In this document: one piece after another, positions 16,066-26,517 of the stretch
How the letters are laid out: each line of letters begins with the position of its first letter
How positions within the stretch are numbered: position 1 is the first letter of the stretch
From: a virus
Virus record (IMG/VR): IMGVR_UViG_3300032331_000813
Location: 1-64,000 of that record
Reading direction: 5' to 3' (one strand)
DNA: 64,000 nt
Notes under the pieces: model-generated
The model's database searches: none
The model's input: the letters and a program-made list of their open reading frames with translations, nothing else
Told to the model about the DNA's origin: nothing
Made by a program: the position numbers and the translations under genes

Positions 16066-19053
16066 ATGGCTTTATCATGGCAAGAACTGGATGCACTTCA
16101 AACCAGAATAAAAAACACAGAGCGAGCCGTATTTCTTTGTCAACTTAGGGTAGATGCAGCTAAAAATTTGAATCCACCGGATCCTGAATTGGTCGCATTG
16201 AGAGAGCGTACACTGGCAGGACAGATTCAAGAATTAGCAGATTTAAAACAAGAACTAGCAACAAATACAGTTGAATCAACCGCACCAGGACCACAGGAAG
16301 CACAAGCACAAGCTGTACAAACAAATCAAGGAAGTACAAATTATTTGGCGCAAGGTGGAGCCGATGGGGATAGAGGAGTTGAGCCGGCGCCCAGTGCATC
16401 TAACAATCTATCAAGTACTCCGGCAAATTCTAGTACAGCCGCACCTACTATAGGTACTCCAACTACTACGGGTGCATCGCAAGCAGGAATAAATCCACCA
16501 AACACTGTTACTGACAATGCAAGTTCCACACAATCTAGTACTTCTAAACCTGACAAACGATGGCAAAATCCATTAGGTAATTTTTCAAGTTACACATATC
16601 AGATATCATTGTACATGATAACTCCTGATGCATATGATGCATTCATACAATCAGGAAGAACTAATCTTAATGCAATTAATAATGTACAAGCAGGTGCAGT
16701 TAGTGCGGAAACTGCAACAGCACAACAAGATGCACGTATTGCTGCATTTGATGCTTCTAGGGCATCTTCGAGGGGCGCAGGTGGAGGAGAATCACCTCCA
16801 TCCCCGTCTAGTGCAAACGCACCCACTACATCTTATACAAATGGAGCATATTTGATTGCTCAAAGCGGCGGCACAAACAATACTACCTCACAACGTGCAC
16901 CAGGATTTGATCTAGATTTTTATATAGATAATTTAAGAATAAAGCAAGCAATTCAAGCAAAAGATACACAAGCTACTACTAACACCTCAGAAATAAGTTT
17001 TACTATAACTGAACCATATGGATTTTCTTTTGTTACTAGATTACGCAATGCAGCTACTGAACTTGCTAAAGTATCTAAATCAAAAAATTTCTCAGATTTA
17101 CAAAATCCATCAAGACAATTTTTTATATTGGGTATTAGATTTTTAGGGTATGATAAGAATGGTAATGTCATAGATCCTACTAAAGTACCTGGTACTGACG
17201 GTGATCCTAAAGGAAATGCGTTTGGATTATACGAAAGATTCTATGATATCAGTATCACTGGTATGAAATTTACAATCGAAGGGAAAGCTGTAACATATAA
17301 TATCACTGCTGCTAGTCTTCCAACTAGGGCTGCATTTGGAACAAAACGAGGTATAGTTGACCAAGGTGCATCTATATTAGCTAGTACAGTTTATGAAGCA
17401 TTGTTGGGTTCTAATGGAGTAGCCAATACGAAACCCGGTGAGTCTGCCATGGCTCAAAATGCATCAGGCAATAACGTTAACAAGATAGGATTGCTTGCTA
17501 AATTGAACAATGATCAAATAGTATTACAACGTAATGGAGCAATTGAAATTGCAAATCAATGGGACGTTAAGTTTATAGGTGAAGCCGAAAATACAATTAG
17601 AAATGCGTCAATTATAAGTAAAGCTGATTTGGATAAAAGAAAATGGGCCATGAGTTCTTCTACTAAAAAATCAGAATCTACGACAAAATCTGAATTAGCT
17701 AGTACTCCTGATAGTAGCGCAAAACAAATAACTTTTAATAATGGTACTCCAATATTACAATGTATTAATCAAATTATATTGCAAAGTTCTTTTTTAGAAA
17801 ATGCATTAAAAACTGTTTACGTATCAGGATTAGAACCTGACCCTGATAAAAACTCAAACGCTGAAGCGCCCACTGGTGCAGACAAAACAATTAAATGGTA
17901 TACAATCAGTCCGGAAGTAACAGTGTTAGGTTGGGACACTAAACAAAAAGATTTTGTATATAAAACTACTTTTATAATTCAGCAATACGAAACTCCTATT
18001 ATAACTTCTTCGTATGCAAATACGGGTATAAAATACTATGGTCCTCATAAAAGATATGAGTATTGGTTTACAGGTAAAAATTCTGAAATATTAAGTTATG
18101 TTCAAACTATGGATAATACATATTTTACAGTCTCAATGTCGGCAGATAAATCTGGAACATCAGCCACTGGTGGCGGCGCAGATATACCTAATACTGCGGG
18201 AAAACCACAAGGTCAACCTGATCAAGGCGCACTAACTGTAGGGCTAGAAGCACAAAATTCATATATGACTAGTTTGTTTGATCCGGGTGCATATGCAGAG
18301 GCTAAAATAAAAATATTAGGTGATCCTGATTTCTTGATGCAACCTTCAACAAGTAGTATAAATGAATTGTATAATAGATTTTATGGAACTGACGGATTTA
18401 CTATCAATCCAAATGGTGGCCAAGTTTTTATTGAGATTAATTTTAAAGAACCTCAAGATTATAAAGATGGTTTATTAAGTATAAATTCATCAATTTATTT
18501 TTGGGCGTACCCAACAGACATACAAAAAGATATAGACAGCAGGGGAGGTGGCGTAAGTTACATGGTAACTACTGTAACTAGCAATTTCAGTGGTGGTAAG
18601 TTTGAACAAGATTTAGATTGTGTAATAAACACTTTTCCCTCAGGTAAGCCAAAGACTGATGGTAAAGACGATACTGCTGGAAGACCTGCAGATGGTTCTG
18701 ATAATCGATTTGCAAGACAAGGAACACCAACTAATCAAACTGCTGCTACTCAAAATAGAACCGGAGTTAACTTAACCAATACTTCAGCCGGTGGAGGAAG
18801 AGGAGTTATTAATAATGAAGGTCCACCTACAACTGCAAATGGTTCTGCAAGCACAAGTTCCACTGGTTTTGCAAGTTCCCCTACTAGTACTTTCTTAGAT
18901 CCACAACAAAGAGCATCTTTGGCCAATGATTATAAAATCAACTTATTAAACAATCTAGCAGCAAAACCAATTGAAAATCAAACAACTACTATTCCTACTA
19001 AAACAGGACCGGTAGTAGATGGTGATGCAGGTTACGATTACATGGGAAGATAA
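16066..19053 (+). CDS. Baseplate hub protein (gp27-like) with low-complexity termini
   Basis: NPL..FSSYTY.ISL, I.I.EPYG..F, YEY.FTGKNSEI, I.GDP.FL, V.SNFSGGKFEQ.L motifs; located between gp53- and gp5-like genes. Confidence 0.6.
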   Translation: MALSWQELDALQTRIKNTERAVFLCQLRVDAAKNLNPPDPELVALRERTLAGQIQELADLKQELATNTVESTAPGPQEAQAQAVQTNQGSTNYLAQGGADGDRGVEPAPSASNNLSSTPANSSTAAPTIGTPTTTGASQAGINPPNTVTDNASSTQSSTSKPDKRWQNPLGNFSSYTYQISLYMITPDAYDAFIQSGRTNLNAINNVQAGAVSAETATAQQDARIAAFDASRASSRGAGGGESPPSPSSANAPTTSYTNGAYLIAQSGGTNNTTSQRAPGFDLDFYIDNLRIKQAIQAKDTQATTNTSEISFTITEPYGFSFVTRLRNAATELAKVSKSKNFSDLQNPSRQFFILGIRFLGYDKNGNVIDPTKVPGTDGDPKGNAFGLYERFYDISITGMKFTIEGKAVTYNITAASLPTRAAFGTKRGIVDQGASILASTVYEALLGSNGVANTKPGESAMAQNASGNNVNKIGLLAKLNNDQIVLQRNGAIEIANQWDVKFIGEAENTIRNASIISKADLDKRKWAMSSSTKKSESTTKSELASTPDSSAKQITFNNGTPILQCINQIILQSSFLENALKTVYVSGLEPDPDKNSNAEAPTGADKTIKWYTISPEVTVLGWDTKQKDFVYKTTFIIQQYETPIITSSYANTGIKYYGPHKRYEYWFTGKNSEILSYVQTMDNTYFTVSMSADKSGTSATGGGADIPNTAGKPQGQPDQGALTVGLEAQNSYMTSLFDPGAYAEAKIKILGDPDFLMQPSTSSINELYNRFYGTDGFTINPNGGQVFIEINFKEPQDYKDGLLSINSSIYFWAYPTDIQKDIDSRGGGVSYMVTTVTSNFSGGKFEQDLDCVINTFPSGKPKTDGKDDTAGRPADGSDNRFARQGTPTNQTAATQNRTGVNLTNTSAGGGRGVINNEGPPTTANGSASTSSTGFASSPTSTFLDPQQRASLANDYKINLLNNLAAKPIENQTTTIPTKTGPVVDGDAGYDYMGR

Positions 19054-19068
19054 TAACTTAAATATAGT

Positions 19069-22000
19069 ATGGCACAAGACGTATTCAAACCAAAAGGACA
19101 AGCAAAAGCAAGCAAACCTGACGCCGGTGGTGGCGTAATTAGGTCTGAGCCAGTATTGGCTATTGTAAAAAATAATATTGATTCAACTAGGGCAGGTAGA
19201 ATTCAAGTTTATGTTTCTGATTTTGGAGCTCCGGATCCGGATGATAGTACTAGTTGGATTACAGTAAGTTACATGAGTCCTTTCTTTGGTGCTACTTCTG
19301 CACAAGGGGGCAGTGATGCAAAAGATTACGGCACCTACGACAAGAATCCAAGTTCATATGGCATGTGGTATAGTCCGCCTGACTTAGGTAGTACCGTTGT
19401 TTGTATCTTTATTAATGGTGATCCAAACTATGGTTATTATATAGGTAGTGTATTACCACCGGAATTATTACAAATGATTCCTGCAATTGGCGCTTCAGAC
19501 AAAATAGTTCCAAATAAAGGTGAAGCAGAAACAACAGGCGGGTCACCTAAGTTACCGGTGACTAATTTAAATTCAAATAATCCATCATTAACTAATGGTA
19601 TTGATTTCTTATCTGCACCAAAACCGGTTCATAGTTATTCAACTGCAATATACACACAGCAAGGATTATTGAGAGATCCAATAAGAGGACCAATCTCAAC
19701 TAGTGCATTGCGTGAAAGTCCTTCGAGGGTTGGTTGGGGAGTTAGTACACCCGGTCGTCCTATATACCAAGGTGGATTTACTGACGCAGATATACTTTCT
19801 CAAAAAGGACAATCGGCTGAAGACACTGCCCTAGAAGTTATTGCACGTAGAGGTGGACATAGTATCGTTATGGATGACGGTGATACCTATGGCAAAGACC
19901 AACTAATACGTCTTAGAACTGCATTAGGTCATCAGATATTAATGAGTGATGATGGACAAACATTATTCATTATTCATAGTAATGGACAAAGTTATATTGA
20001 GTTAGGCAAAGAGGGTACAATTGATATGTATTCGATGAATAGTGTGAATGTTAGAACTCAAGGTGACTTAAATTTACATGCAGATAATAATATCAATATA
20101 AATGCTAAAAAAGATTTAAATATTGCAGCAGATAATATAAACATTAATGCTGCTAAAAATATTGGTTGGCGTGCCGGTGGAAACTATAGTGGATATACTT
20201 TAGGGACATACACTGTCAAAGTGGCTGGTTCAATGAGTATGTTTTGCAACGGACAAGGTTCATATGCTAGTGATGGTGTTATGTATGTGAATGGTAGTAA
20301 AATTAATCTCAACACTGGTTCTACTTCAGTGGTACCAGCTGAAGTTCCATTAATTACTCAAGTAGCACATACTGATACATTACACGATACTGTTAAAGGA
20401 TATGCTGCTGCACCAGGTTTATTGTTATCAATTGTTAGTAGAGCCCCTGCTCATGCACCATGGGCAAGTGCAAATCAAGGGGCAGATGTTAAAGTAACAT
20501 CTAGCGCATCTGCAACATTACCAACTCCACCTAGTCCTACTGTACAAGCAACAAATTCAGCAGTTGCTGATTCTACAGAAACCTCAGTTACTGCATCTAT
20601 TGCAGCAACTGTTCCTCCGGTAACTCCTATTAGTGAATCACTAGATAAAAATGTTACTGCAACTATGGTTGCAAGTACAGCAGGTCGAGCCGCAGCAAAA
20701 ACTCCAAATGTAGTGTCAACTGGTACTGGTGTTATCCCTGATAAAACCGGAAATGTAAATGCAGCCGTTGGATCATTTGCAATGACACCTCAACAAATGG
20801 AGGCAGCTATGGTTATAAAACCGGGCTCTGCTGCATTAGTGACTGGACTAGTTCAGAAGGGTTCCAATGTGTCGGCTGCTATGACAAATAATTTGTTCAC
20901 TGGTGTACCGGGGGCACAAAATTTAAATGCATTCAATCAAAATATAGGTTCACAAGTTGGAGCACAAATTCAAAATTTCCAACAAGCACAAACTGCATTA
21001 ACAAAAGTTGGTGCAATAACCGGCAATGAAACTCCTCAATCTATTGCAGGTGTAGTAAATGCTGCTTCTCAAGTTGGAGTACCGGCTACTGCTAACTTCA
21101 TTCAATCTGCTACTGCAAAACTTAATACAGCTGGTATACCAAACCCAACAAATGGGGTAGGTAGTAATGTAGCGTCGGCAATATCAGCGGGAGGATTTGC
21201 ATCTGCCTTAGCTACTAATGTCAATTCAGGGGTAGGTTCTATCGCTACATCATTAGGAGGACTAAATCCAGCAGCCGCTACAGGTAAGGTTAATTTACTT
21301 GACTCTGCTAAAGGCATAGCTGGATCAGCTTTTGGTGCAATAACAAGTTCGTTTAAATCATTAAAAGCAGGGGTTCCTCAAGACTTAACTGCAATTGCTA
21401 AAACAAACGCAGAAGCACAAGCTGCATCGGAAGCAAGCGCGGCAGCACCAGCAGCAACAGCAATTGCTGCCGCAACGTCAGCCGCAAATCCCACTGTTGG
21501 TTCAGCAGCATCATTATCCGCAGACTTAGCAAAAGCGCAAACTGCAATTAGTGGTGGCGCAGCAAAATTAGGAATTCCGGGATTAACTGCCACTGCTTCT
21601 TCTCTAACATCAACTCTTAGTCCAGGACTAACTAGTTTAGTGGGAAATGCCGGATCAATTACATCGTCATTGACATCTTCTGCAAGTAGTTTAATACCCA
21701 GCAGCAGTAGCATTACTGCATTAGCCGGCGGCACATCAATTGCGGGCGCAGCCGCGGCAGCGAGTAGTTTAATTCCAACTGGAAGTGGTATCAACGCACT
21801 ACCAGGTGGAGCAGCAGCCGCAGCTTCTTTTGTGAATAATTCCGGAGCAAGCACTTCAATACCTTCATCAATCGCCGGAGTTTCTAGTATTTTGAAAAAC
21901 TCATCAACTAGTGCAATGACTGGAATATCCAATAGTGCTGCGTCATTGAGTAGTGGAATATCAATGTCCGCTGGAAACTCTGCTATGTCAACTGCGGTAA

Positions 22001-22593
22001 ATTCAGCTAATTTAAATTCAGCATTGTCTAGCTCAATAGATTCGGGTAAACAAAGTTTATCATCATTGACCAGTGCAGGTTTACCCGCAGGTGCAGCCGC
22101 TGCATTAGCTGCAAGTGTGAATTCTCTTAACTCTTCTGGACCTTCCCCAATTAAAATGCCAACGATAGCAGCAAATACTGTAGATAGAAGTGCATTAGCC
22201 GAACAAACTACGTCCGTTTTAAGCAATCCTAAAATACCAGCACCAAACTTCTCAGGAGATATTCCCACAGTCCCTGCTTCTGCGATTGCTGCAAATAAAG
22301 CAAGAGATAAGCGTATAGAGTATTTTAAATTAAAACAATCATATGCGGAAGAAAAAGTCAAACGAACAGACGCAATAATGGCTGAGAGAGCCAAATATGA
22401 AGCACTTAGGGATAGTCTTCCGGAAGGTGATCCAACAAGAGCAGCAGCCAAAACAGAGATTAATGCAAAGATCGCAGCATATACTGCTTGGTGGAAAGGC
22501 GAAGAAGCTAAAATTGAAACATTAAGGCTAGAAGTTAATGAAGCACAAAGGGCTGAAGGACAAGCAATATGGAAAGAAGTCACTAACGGTTAA
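19069..22593 (+). CDS. gp5: Baseplate central spike (T4 gp5 / VgrG-like) with long C-terminal extension
   Basis: OB-fold (D.TRAGRIQVY, SYGMW..PPD.G..V.C.F.NGD), beta-helix repeats (GH.I.MDD, NVRTQGDLNLHADNNININA); C-terminal Ala/Ser-rich tract. Confidence 0.8.
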   Translation: MAQDVFKPKGQAKASKPDAGGGVIRSEPVLAIVKNNIDSTRAGRIQVYVSDFGAPDPDDSTSWITVSYMSPFFGATSAQGGSDAKDYGTYDKNPSSYGMWYSPPDLGSTVVCIFINGDPNYGYYIGSVLPPELLQMIPAIGASDKIVPNKGEAETTGGSPKLPVTNLNSNNPSLTNGIDFLSAPKPVHSYSTAIYTQQGLLRDPIRGPISTSALRESPSRVGWGVSTPGRPIYQGGFTDADILSQKGQSAEDTALEVIARRGGHSIVMDDGDTYGKDQLIRLRTALGHQILMSDDGQTLFIIHSNGQSYIELGKEGTIDMYSMNSVNVRTQGDLNLHADNNININAKKDLNIAADNININAAKNIGWRAGGNYSGYTLGTYTVKVAGSMSMFCNGQGSYASDGVMYVNGSKINLNTGSTSVVPAEVPLITQVAHTDTLHDTVKGYAAAPGLLLSIVSRAPAHAPWASANQGADVKVTSSASATLPTPPSPTVQATNSAVADSTETSVTASIAATVPPVTPISESLDKNVTATMVASTAGRAAAKTPNVVSTGTGVIPDKTGNVNAAVGSFAMTPQQMEAAMVIKPGSAALVTGLVQKGSNVSAAMTNNLFTGVPGAQNLNAFNQNIGSQVGAQIQNFQQAQTALTKVGAITGNETPQSIAGVVNAASQVGVPATANFIQSATAKLNTAGIPNPTNGVGSNVASAISAGGFASALATNVNSGVGSIATSLGGLNPAAATGKVNLLDSAKGIAGSAFGAITSSFKSLKAGVPQDLTAIAKTNAEAQAASEASAAAPAATAIAAATSAANPTVGSAASLSADLAKAQTAISGGAAKLGIPGLTATASSLTSTLSPGLTSLVGNAGSITSSLTSSASSLIPSSSSITALAGGTSIAGAAAAASSLIPTGSGINALPGGAAAAASFVNNSGASTSIPSSIAGVSSILKNSSTSAMTGISNSAASLSSGISMSAGNSAMSTAVNSANLNSALSSSIDSGKQSLSSLTSAGLPAGAAAALAASVNSLNSSGPSPIKMPTIAANTVDRSALAEQTTSVLSNPKIPAPNFSGDIPTVPASAIAANKARDKRIEYFKLKQSYAEEKVKRTDAIMAERAKYEALRDSLPEGDPTRAAAKTEINAKIAAYTAWWKGEEAKIETLRLEVNEAQRAEGQAIWKEVTNG

Positions 22594-22594
22594 C

Positions 22595-22602
22595 TATAAA
22601 TA
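22595..22602 (+). promoter_or_regulatory. T4-type late promoter
   Basis: Perfect TATAAATA upstream of the gp25-like gene. Confidence 0.7.
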
Positions 22603-22618
22603 CTTTATAGGATAAAAT

Positions 22619-23068
22619 ATGTCATCATACATTGGATTCAGCACATTAAACTCAAACAAACCTAGGTCTACTAATCTTCCTACAGGTCCTGCAGGTGGCA
22701 CAGGTGGTATGGTGAATCCAGTTATAACTGGACATAAATATGGATTAGTTGATTCACCCTTAGTCATACAAGATTTACTCAACGCATTGAATATACAGCA
22801 AGGTCAAAAAGTAGGTCAACCGGGCTATGGGACCACACTGTGGACATTTGTTTTTGAACCCAACACGGCTGATGTTCAGTTTCAATTAGAAACTGAAATA
22901 CGTAGAGTAGCAAGTCAAGACCCTAGAATAATTTTAAATGGGGTACGTGCTTTCCCTCAAGAAAATGGTATATTGCTAGAAATTGAAATGGCAGTAGCAC
23001 CTTTTAATCAAGCAACTTTACTAAGCGTGTTCTTCAATAGTTCAACAAACACTGCTGTATTGCAATAA
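22619..23068 (+). CDS. gp25: Baseplate wedge / sheath initiator (T4 gp25-like)
   Basis: D..L..QDLLN.L.I..G.K...P.YGT.LW..VFEP and DPRI motifs. Confidence 0.88.
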   Translation: MSSYIGFSTLNSNKPRSTNLPTGPAGGTGGMVNPVITGHKYGLVDSPLVIQDLLNALNIQQGQKVGQPGYGTTLWTFVFEPNTADVQFQLETEIRRVASQDPRIILNGVRAFPQENGILLEIEMAVAPFNQATLLSVFFNSSTNTAVLQ

Positions 23069-23120
23069 CCCTAAAAAAAGCATATTCTTAGGTATGATAA
23101 ATACTTAAAAGAGAATATCT

Positions 23121-26100
23121 ATGGCTACAAGTTCAAGACAATCAGCAATATTTGGGGTTAATGACTGGAAAACCATCTACCAAACGTTCCAGCAAGCAGA
23201 TTTTCGTAGTTACGACTATGAAACCCTACGCAAAAGTTTCATAGATTATCTACGCTTATACTATCCTGAAACCTTCAATGACTATATTGAAAGTTCAGAA
23301 TTCATTGCATTGCTTGACGTTATGGCATTTATGGGTCAAGGTCTTGCGTTCCGTAACGACTTAAATTCCCGTGAAAACTTTATTGATACTGCTGAACGTA
23401 GAGATAGTGTTATCAAATTAGCTAACTTAGTAAGCTATACTCCAAAGAGAAATTTAACTGCACAGGGTTATTTAAAAGTAACAAGTATACGCACAACTCA
23501 GAATTTAGTTGACTTAAATGGATTTAACTTAAGTAATGTTCCTATATTATGGAATGACCCCGCTAACCCAAATTGGTTAGAACAGTATAATACAATCATC
23601 AATGCTACACTAGCAAACACACAAAAAGTGGGTTTACCTGGGAACACCGCTCAAATTTTAGGTGTAAAAACTGACGAATATACAATACAAATACCAGCAA
23701 ATACTACCCCAGTCATTCCATTCTCGTCTACTGTTAACGGTATGAATATGGGATTTGAATTGTGTAGCGTAACTACAGTAGGTGAAGATTACGTGTATGA
23801 GTTGCCACCTGGCCCTACCAATAGATTCAATATGTTATATCGTAATGACAAATTAGGTTACGGTAGCCCAAACACAGGATTCTTCTTTTACTTTAAGCAA
23901 GGTTCATTGCAAAATTTTGACTTTAGTTTGCAAAATCAAATATCTAACCAAGTAATTAATATTGGCGATATTCAAGGTGTTAATAACACTGACGCATGGC
24001 TATATCAAATAAGTCAAACTAATGGTGCGTTTGGATTATGGAAAAAAGTAGATAATATTTACGCTGACGCTTATTTACAAACTGAATCATCAGTTAGAAC
24101 TATATTTTCAGTCAACAGCAGATTTAATGACCAAGTAACTTATATATTTGGTGATGGCGTATTCAGTGAAATACCAATTGGTAATTTTAGATCGTTTGTT
24201 CGTGCCGGTAATGCATTGACTTACACAATTCAACCTACCGAAATGCAAGGCATTTCAATTGCTATCAGTTATGTTAATCGTGTTGGTCGCACAGAAACAT
24301 TGACAGTTGGGTTAAGTTTACAAACTCCAGTGACTAATGCTCAAGTTAGAGAATCATTGGCTGAAATTAAACAACGTGCTCCAAGTCGTTACTACACACA
24401 GAATCGTATGGTTAACGGAGAAGATTATAACAACTTCCCTTATACTTTGTATAGTTCTATTATCAAATCAAAATCTATTAATCGTAGTAGCGTAGGTGTA
24501 AGCAAAAATCTAGACTTACTTGATCCTACAGGTAAATACTCAAGCACTAACAGTTATGCAAACGACGGTGGCATTTGGTTAAATGATACTGAAGGATTTT
24601 CATTATTAAACATCACTGATACCGCTAACATAATTTCGTTTTTGACAGGCACACTTGCAGCTATATTATCTGATAGCGGGTCACAACAATACTATACTCA
24701 GAATTATCCTAGGTATGCAGTTACTACAAGTTCAGATGATGGTAGAGTATATTGGAATACTAGTACAGTAGATGCAAATAGTTTAACTGGTTATTTTTAT
24801 AATAAATTAAATGGTTCAAATGTGCCAATTGCTGCAGGTATATATTCTACTATCAATTTAAAATATGTAACACAAGGTGCAATATTGAAATTTGTAGCAC
24901 CACCTAGTTACTATTTTGATAAAAATAATAGGCTAGTGTACGGCATTGCAGGACCGTCTGATGTAAATCATATATGGATTACTGTATTAAATGTAGTTGG
25001 CGACGGGTACAATAATGGATTAGGTCAGTTTGCTAATGGAACTGGTCCAATAACATTGAATGGATTTGTACCAACAGGTGCAGTGTTAACAACAGTAATT
25101 CCTGCTTTCAGTAACACGTTGCCTAACACGGTTGTACAAGAATGTATTGTTAGACTAGAGTTACAACAAAATTTTACTCTAGTGTTTAACAACGCACTAA
25201 CTATTGTAGAAGATAGATGGAGTGTAGATTTATATTCTAGTTCTAATTATTTTGTAAAATTTACAAGTGTGGGATACAATCGTTACACCGTTACCTATCG
25301 TTCGTTGAAATACTATTTTGGTAGTGTAGCAGATACTAGGTTTACATATGAATCTGGAAAATTAGTATATGATCCGTTCTCTGGCGTGATTCTACAAGAC
25401 TTTGTTAAAGTTTTAGAAACTAATACTCAACCAGATTCTAATTACCCTCTAAGCAATTCTATCTCTGCAAGTATCATTGGTCAAACAGTTGAGACTGATG
25501 GTTATATTAATGATTTTGAAGTTGAAGTTGCTAGTATTGACGTAAACAACAGAACCATAATTAATAACCCTGACTTCTTTAATGAAATTACTGGATATGT
25601 TACTGGTAACTCTAACATTGGGATATACACTTTCTTTGAAGAAGTACAAGATGCCATTAACTTGACTCGCACTCAACTAATAGCTAGTAGTACAGTAGCA
25701 TATCAATATGCTACAACCACTCAGATTGAAGTTGTTAAGTATGATTATCCCGAAGGTCAATTGTTCTATGCATACAATGAAAATGTATTTTATATAACTG
25801 TTCAAGATCCTACTGTCACTACACCTGCTTACAGTTTAGTAACGCAATCAAGATACAGTATGGCATATGGTCGTCAAGGGTTGCAATTTCAATATCGTCA
25901 TAACAGTAATAATACCACACGTATTGATCCTGCAACAACTAATATTATTGACCTATATGTAGTTACGCAAGCATACTATACACAATATCAGAATTATATA
26001 CAAGATATTACAAATACTGTACCAATGCCGGCAAGACCAACTATCAATGATTTGGCAGCAGCATATCCTCAAATACAAGATTACAAAATGTTAACTGATA

Positions 26101-26495
26101 GCTGTATTTTAAATAGTGTTGTTTTTAAACCTTTGTTTGGACCCAAAGCTGCATCAGCATTAAGAGCAACTATAAAAGTTATTAAAAATAGTAGTACAAA
26201 CGCCAGTGATAGTGAAATTCGTAGTGCTGTATTAACTTCAATGAATAGTTATTTTAATATTAATAATTGGAATTTTGGTGACACTTTTTACTTTAGTGAA
26301 TTGAGTGCATACATACATTCTGAAATAGGAGAATATGTAAGTTCTTGCGTATTAGTACCTAATGACCCTAACTTAAAATTTGGAGATTTATATGAAATTA
26401 AATGTTTACCTTACGAGATTTTTGTAAACGCTGCAACCTCAAATGATGTAATCGTTATTGCTGCTTTAACACCAGCTGAATTACAAATAGCATAA
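23121..26495 (+). CDS. gp6: Baseplate wedge subunit (T4 gp6-like)
   Basis: DYETLR, ENFIDTAERRDSVIKLA...SY.PKR, FGDG.F..IP, ES..EIK.RAP..Y.TQNRMV..EDY motifs. Confidence 0.88.
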   Translation: MATSSRQSAIFGVNDWKTIYQTFQQADFRSYDYETLRKSFIDYLRLYYPETFNDYIESSEFIALLDVMAFMGQGLAFRNDLNSRENFIDTAERRDSVIKLANLVSYTPKRNLTAQGYLKVTSIRTTQNLVDLNGFNLSNVPILWNDPANPNWLEQYNTIINATLANTQKVGLPGNTAQILGVKTDEYTIQIPANTTPVIPFSSTVNGMNMGFELCSVTTVGEDYVYELPPGPTNRFNMLYRNDKLGYGSPNTGFFFYFKQGSLQNFDFSLQNQISNQVINIGDIQGVNNTDAWLYQISQTNGAFGLWKKVDNIYADAYLQTESSVRTIFSVNSRFNDQVTYIFGDGVFSEIPIGNFRSFVRAGNALTYTIQPTEMQGISIAISYVNRVGRTETLTVGLSLQTPVTNAQVRESLAEIKQRAPSRYYTQNRMVNGEDYNNFPYTLYSSIIKSKSINRSSVGVSKNLDLLDPTGKYSSTNSYANDGGIWLNDTEGFSLLNITDTANIISFLTGTLAAILSDSGSQQYYTQNYPRYAVTTSSDDGRVYWNTSTVDANSLTGYFYNKLNGSNVPIAAGIYSTINLKYVTQGAILKFVAPPSYYFDKNNRLVYGIAGPSDVNHIWITVLNVVGDGYNNGLGQFANGTGPITLNGFVPTGAVLTTVIPAFSNTLPNTVVQECIVRLELQQNFTLVFNNALTIVEDRWSVDLYSSSNYFVKFTSVGYNRYTVTYRSLKYYFGSVADTRFTYESGKLVYDPFSGVILQDFVKVLETNTQPDSNYPLSNSISASIIGQTVETDGYINDFEVEVASIDVNNRTIINNPDFFNEITGYVTGNSNIGIYTFFEEVQDAINLTRTQLIASSTVAYQYATTTQIEVVKYDYPEGQLFYAYNENVFYITVQDPTVTTPAYSLVTQSRYSMAYGRQGLQFQYRHNSNNTTRIDPATTNIIDLYVVTQAYYTQYQNYIQDITNTVPMPARPTINDLAAAYPQIQDYKMLTDSCILNSVVFKPLFGPKAASALRATIKVIKNSSTNASDSEIRSAVLTSMNSYFNINNWNFGDTFYFSELSAYIHSEIGEYVSSCVLVPNDPNLKFGDLYEIKCLPYEIFVNAATSNDVIVIAALTPAELQIA

Positions 26496-26517
26496 GTAGT
26501 AATAGAGATTTTAAAAT

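Noticed and set aside
21378-22583. 401-aa antisense ORF inside the spike gene
   Set aside because: Mirror of Ala/Ser-rich codons that lack antisense stops; no SD, promoter or recognisable motif.
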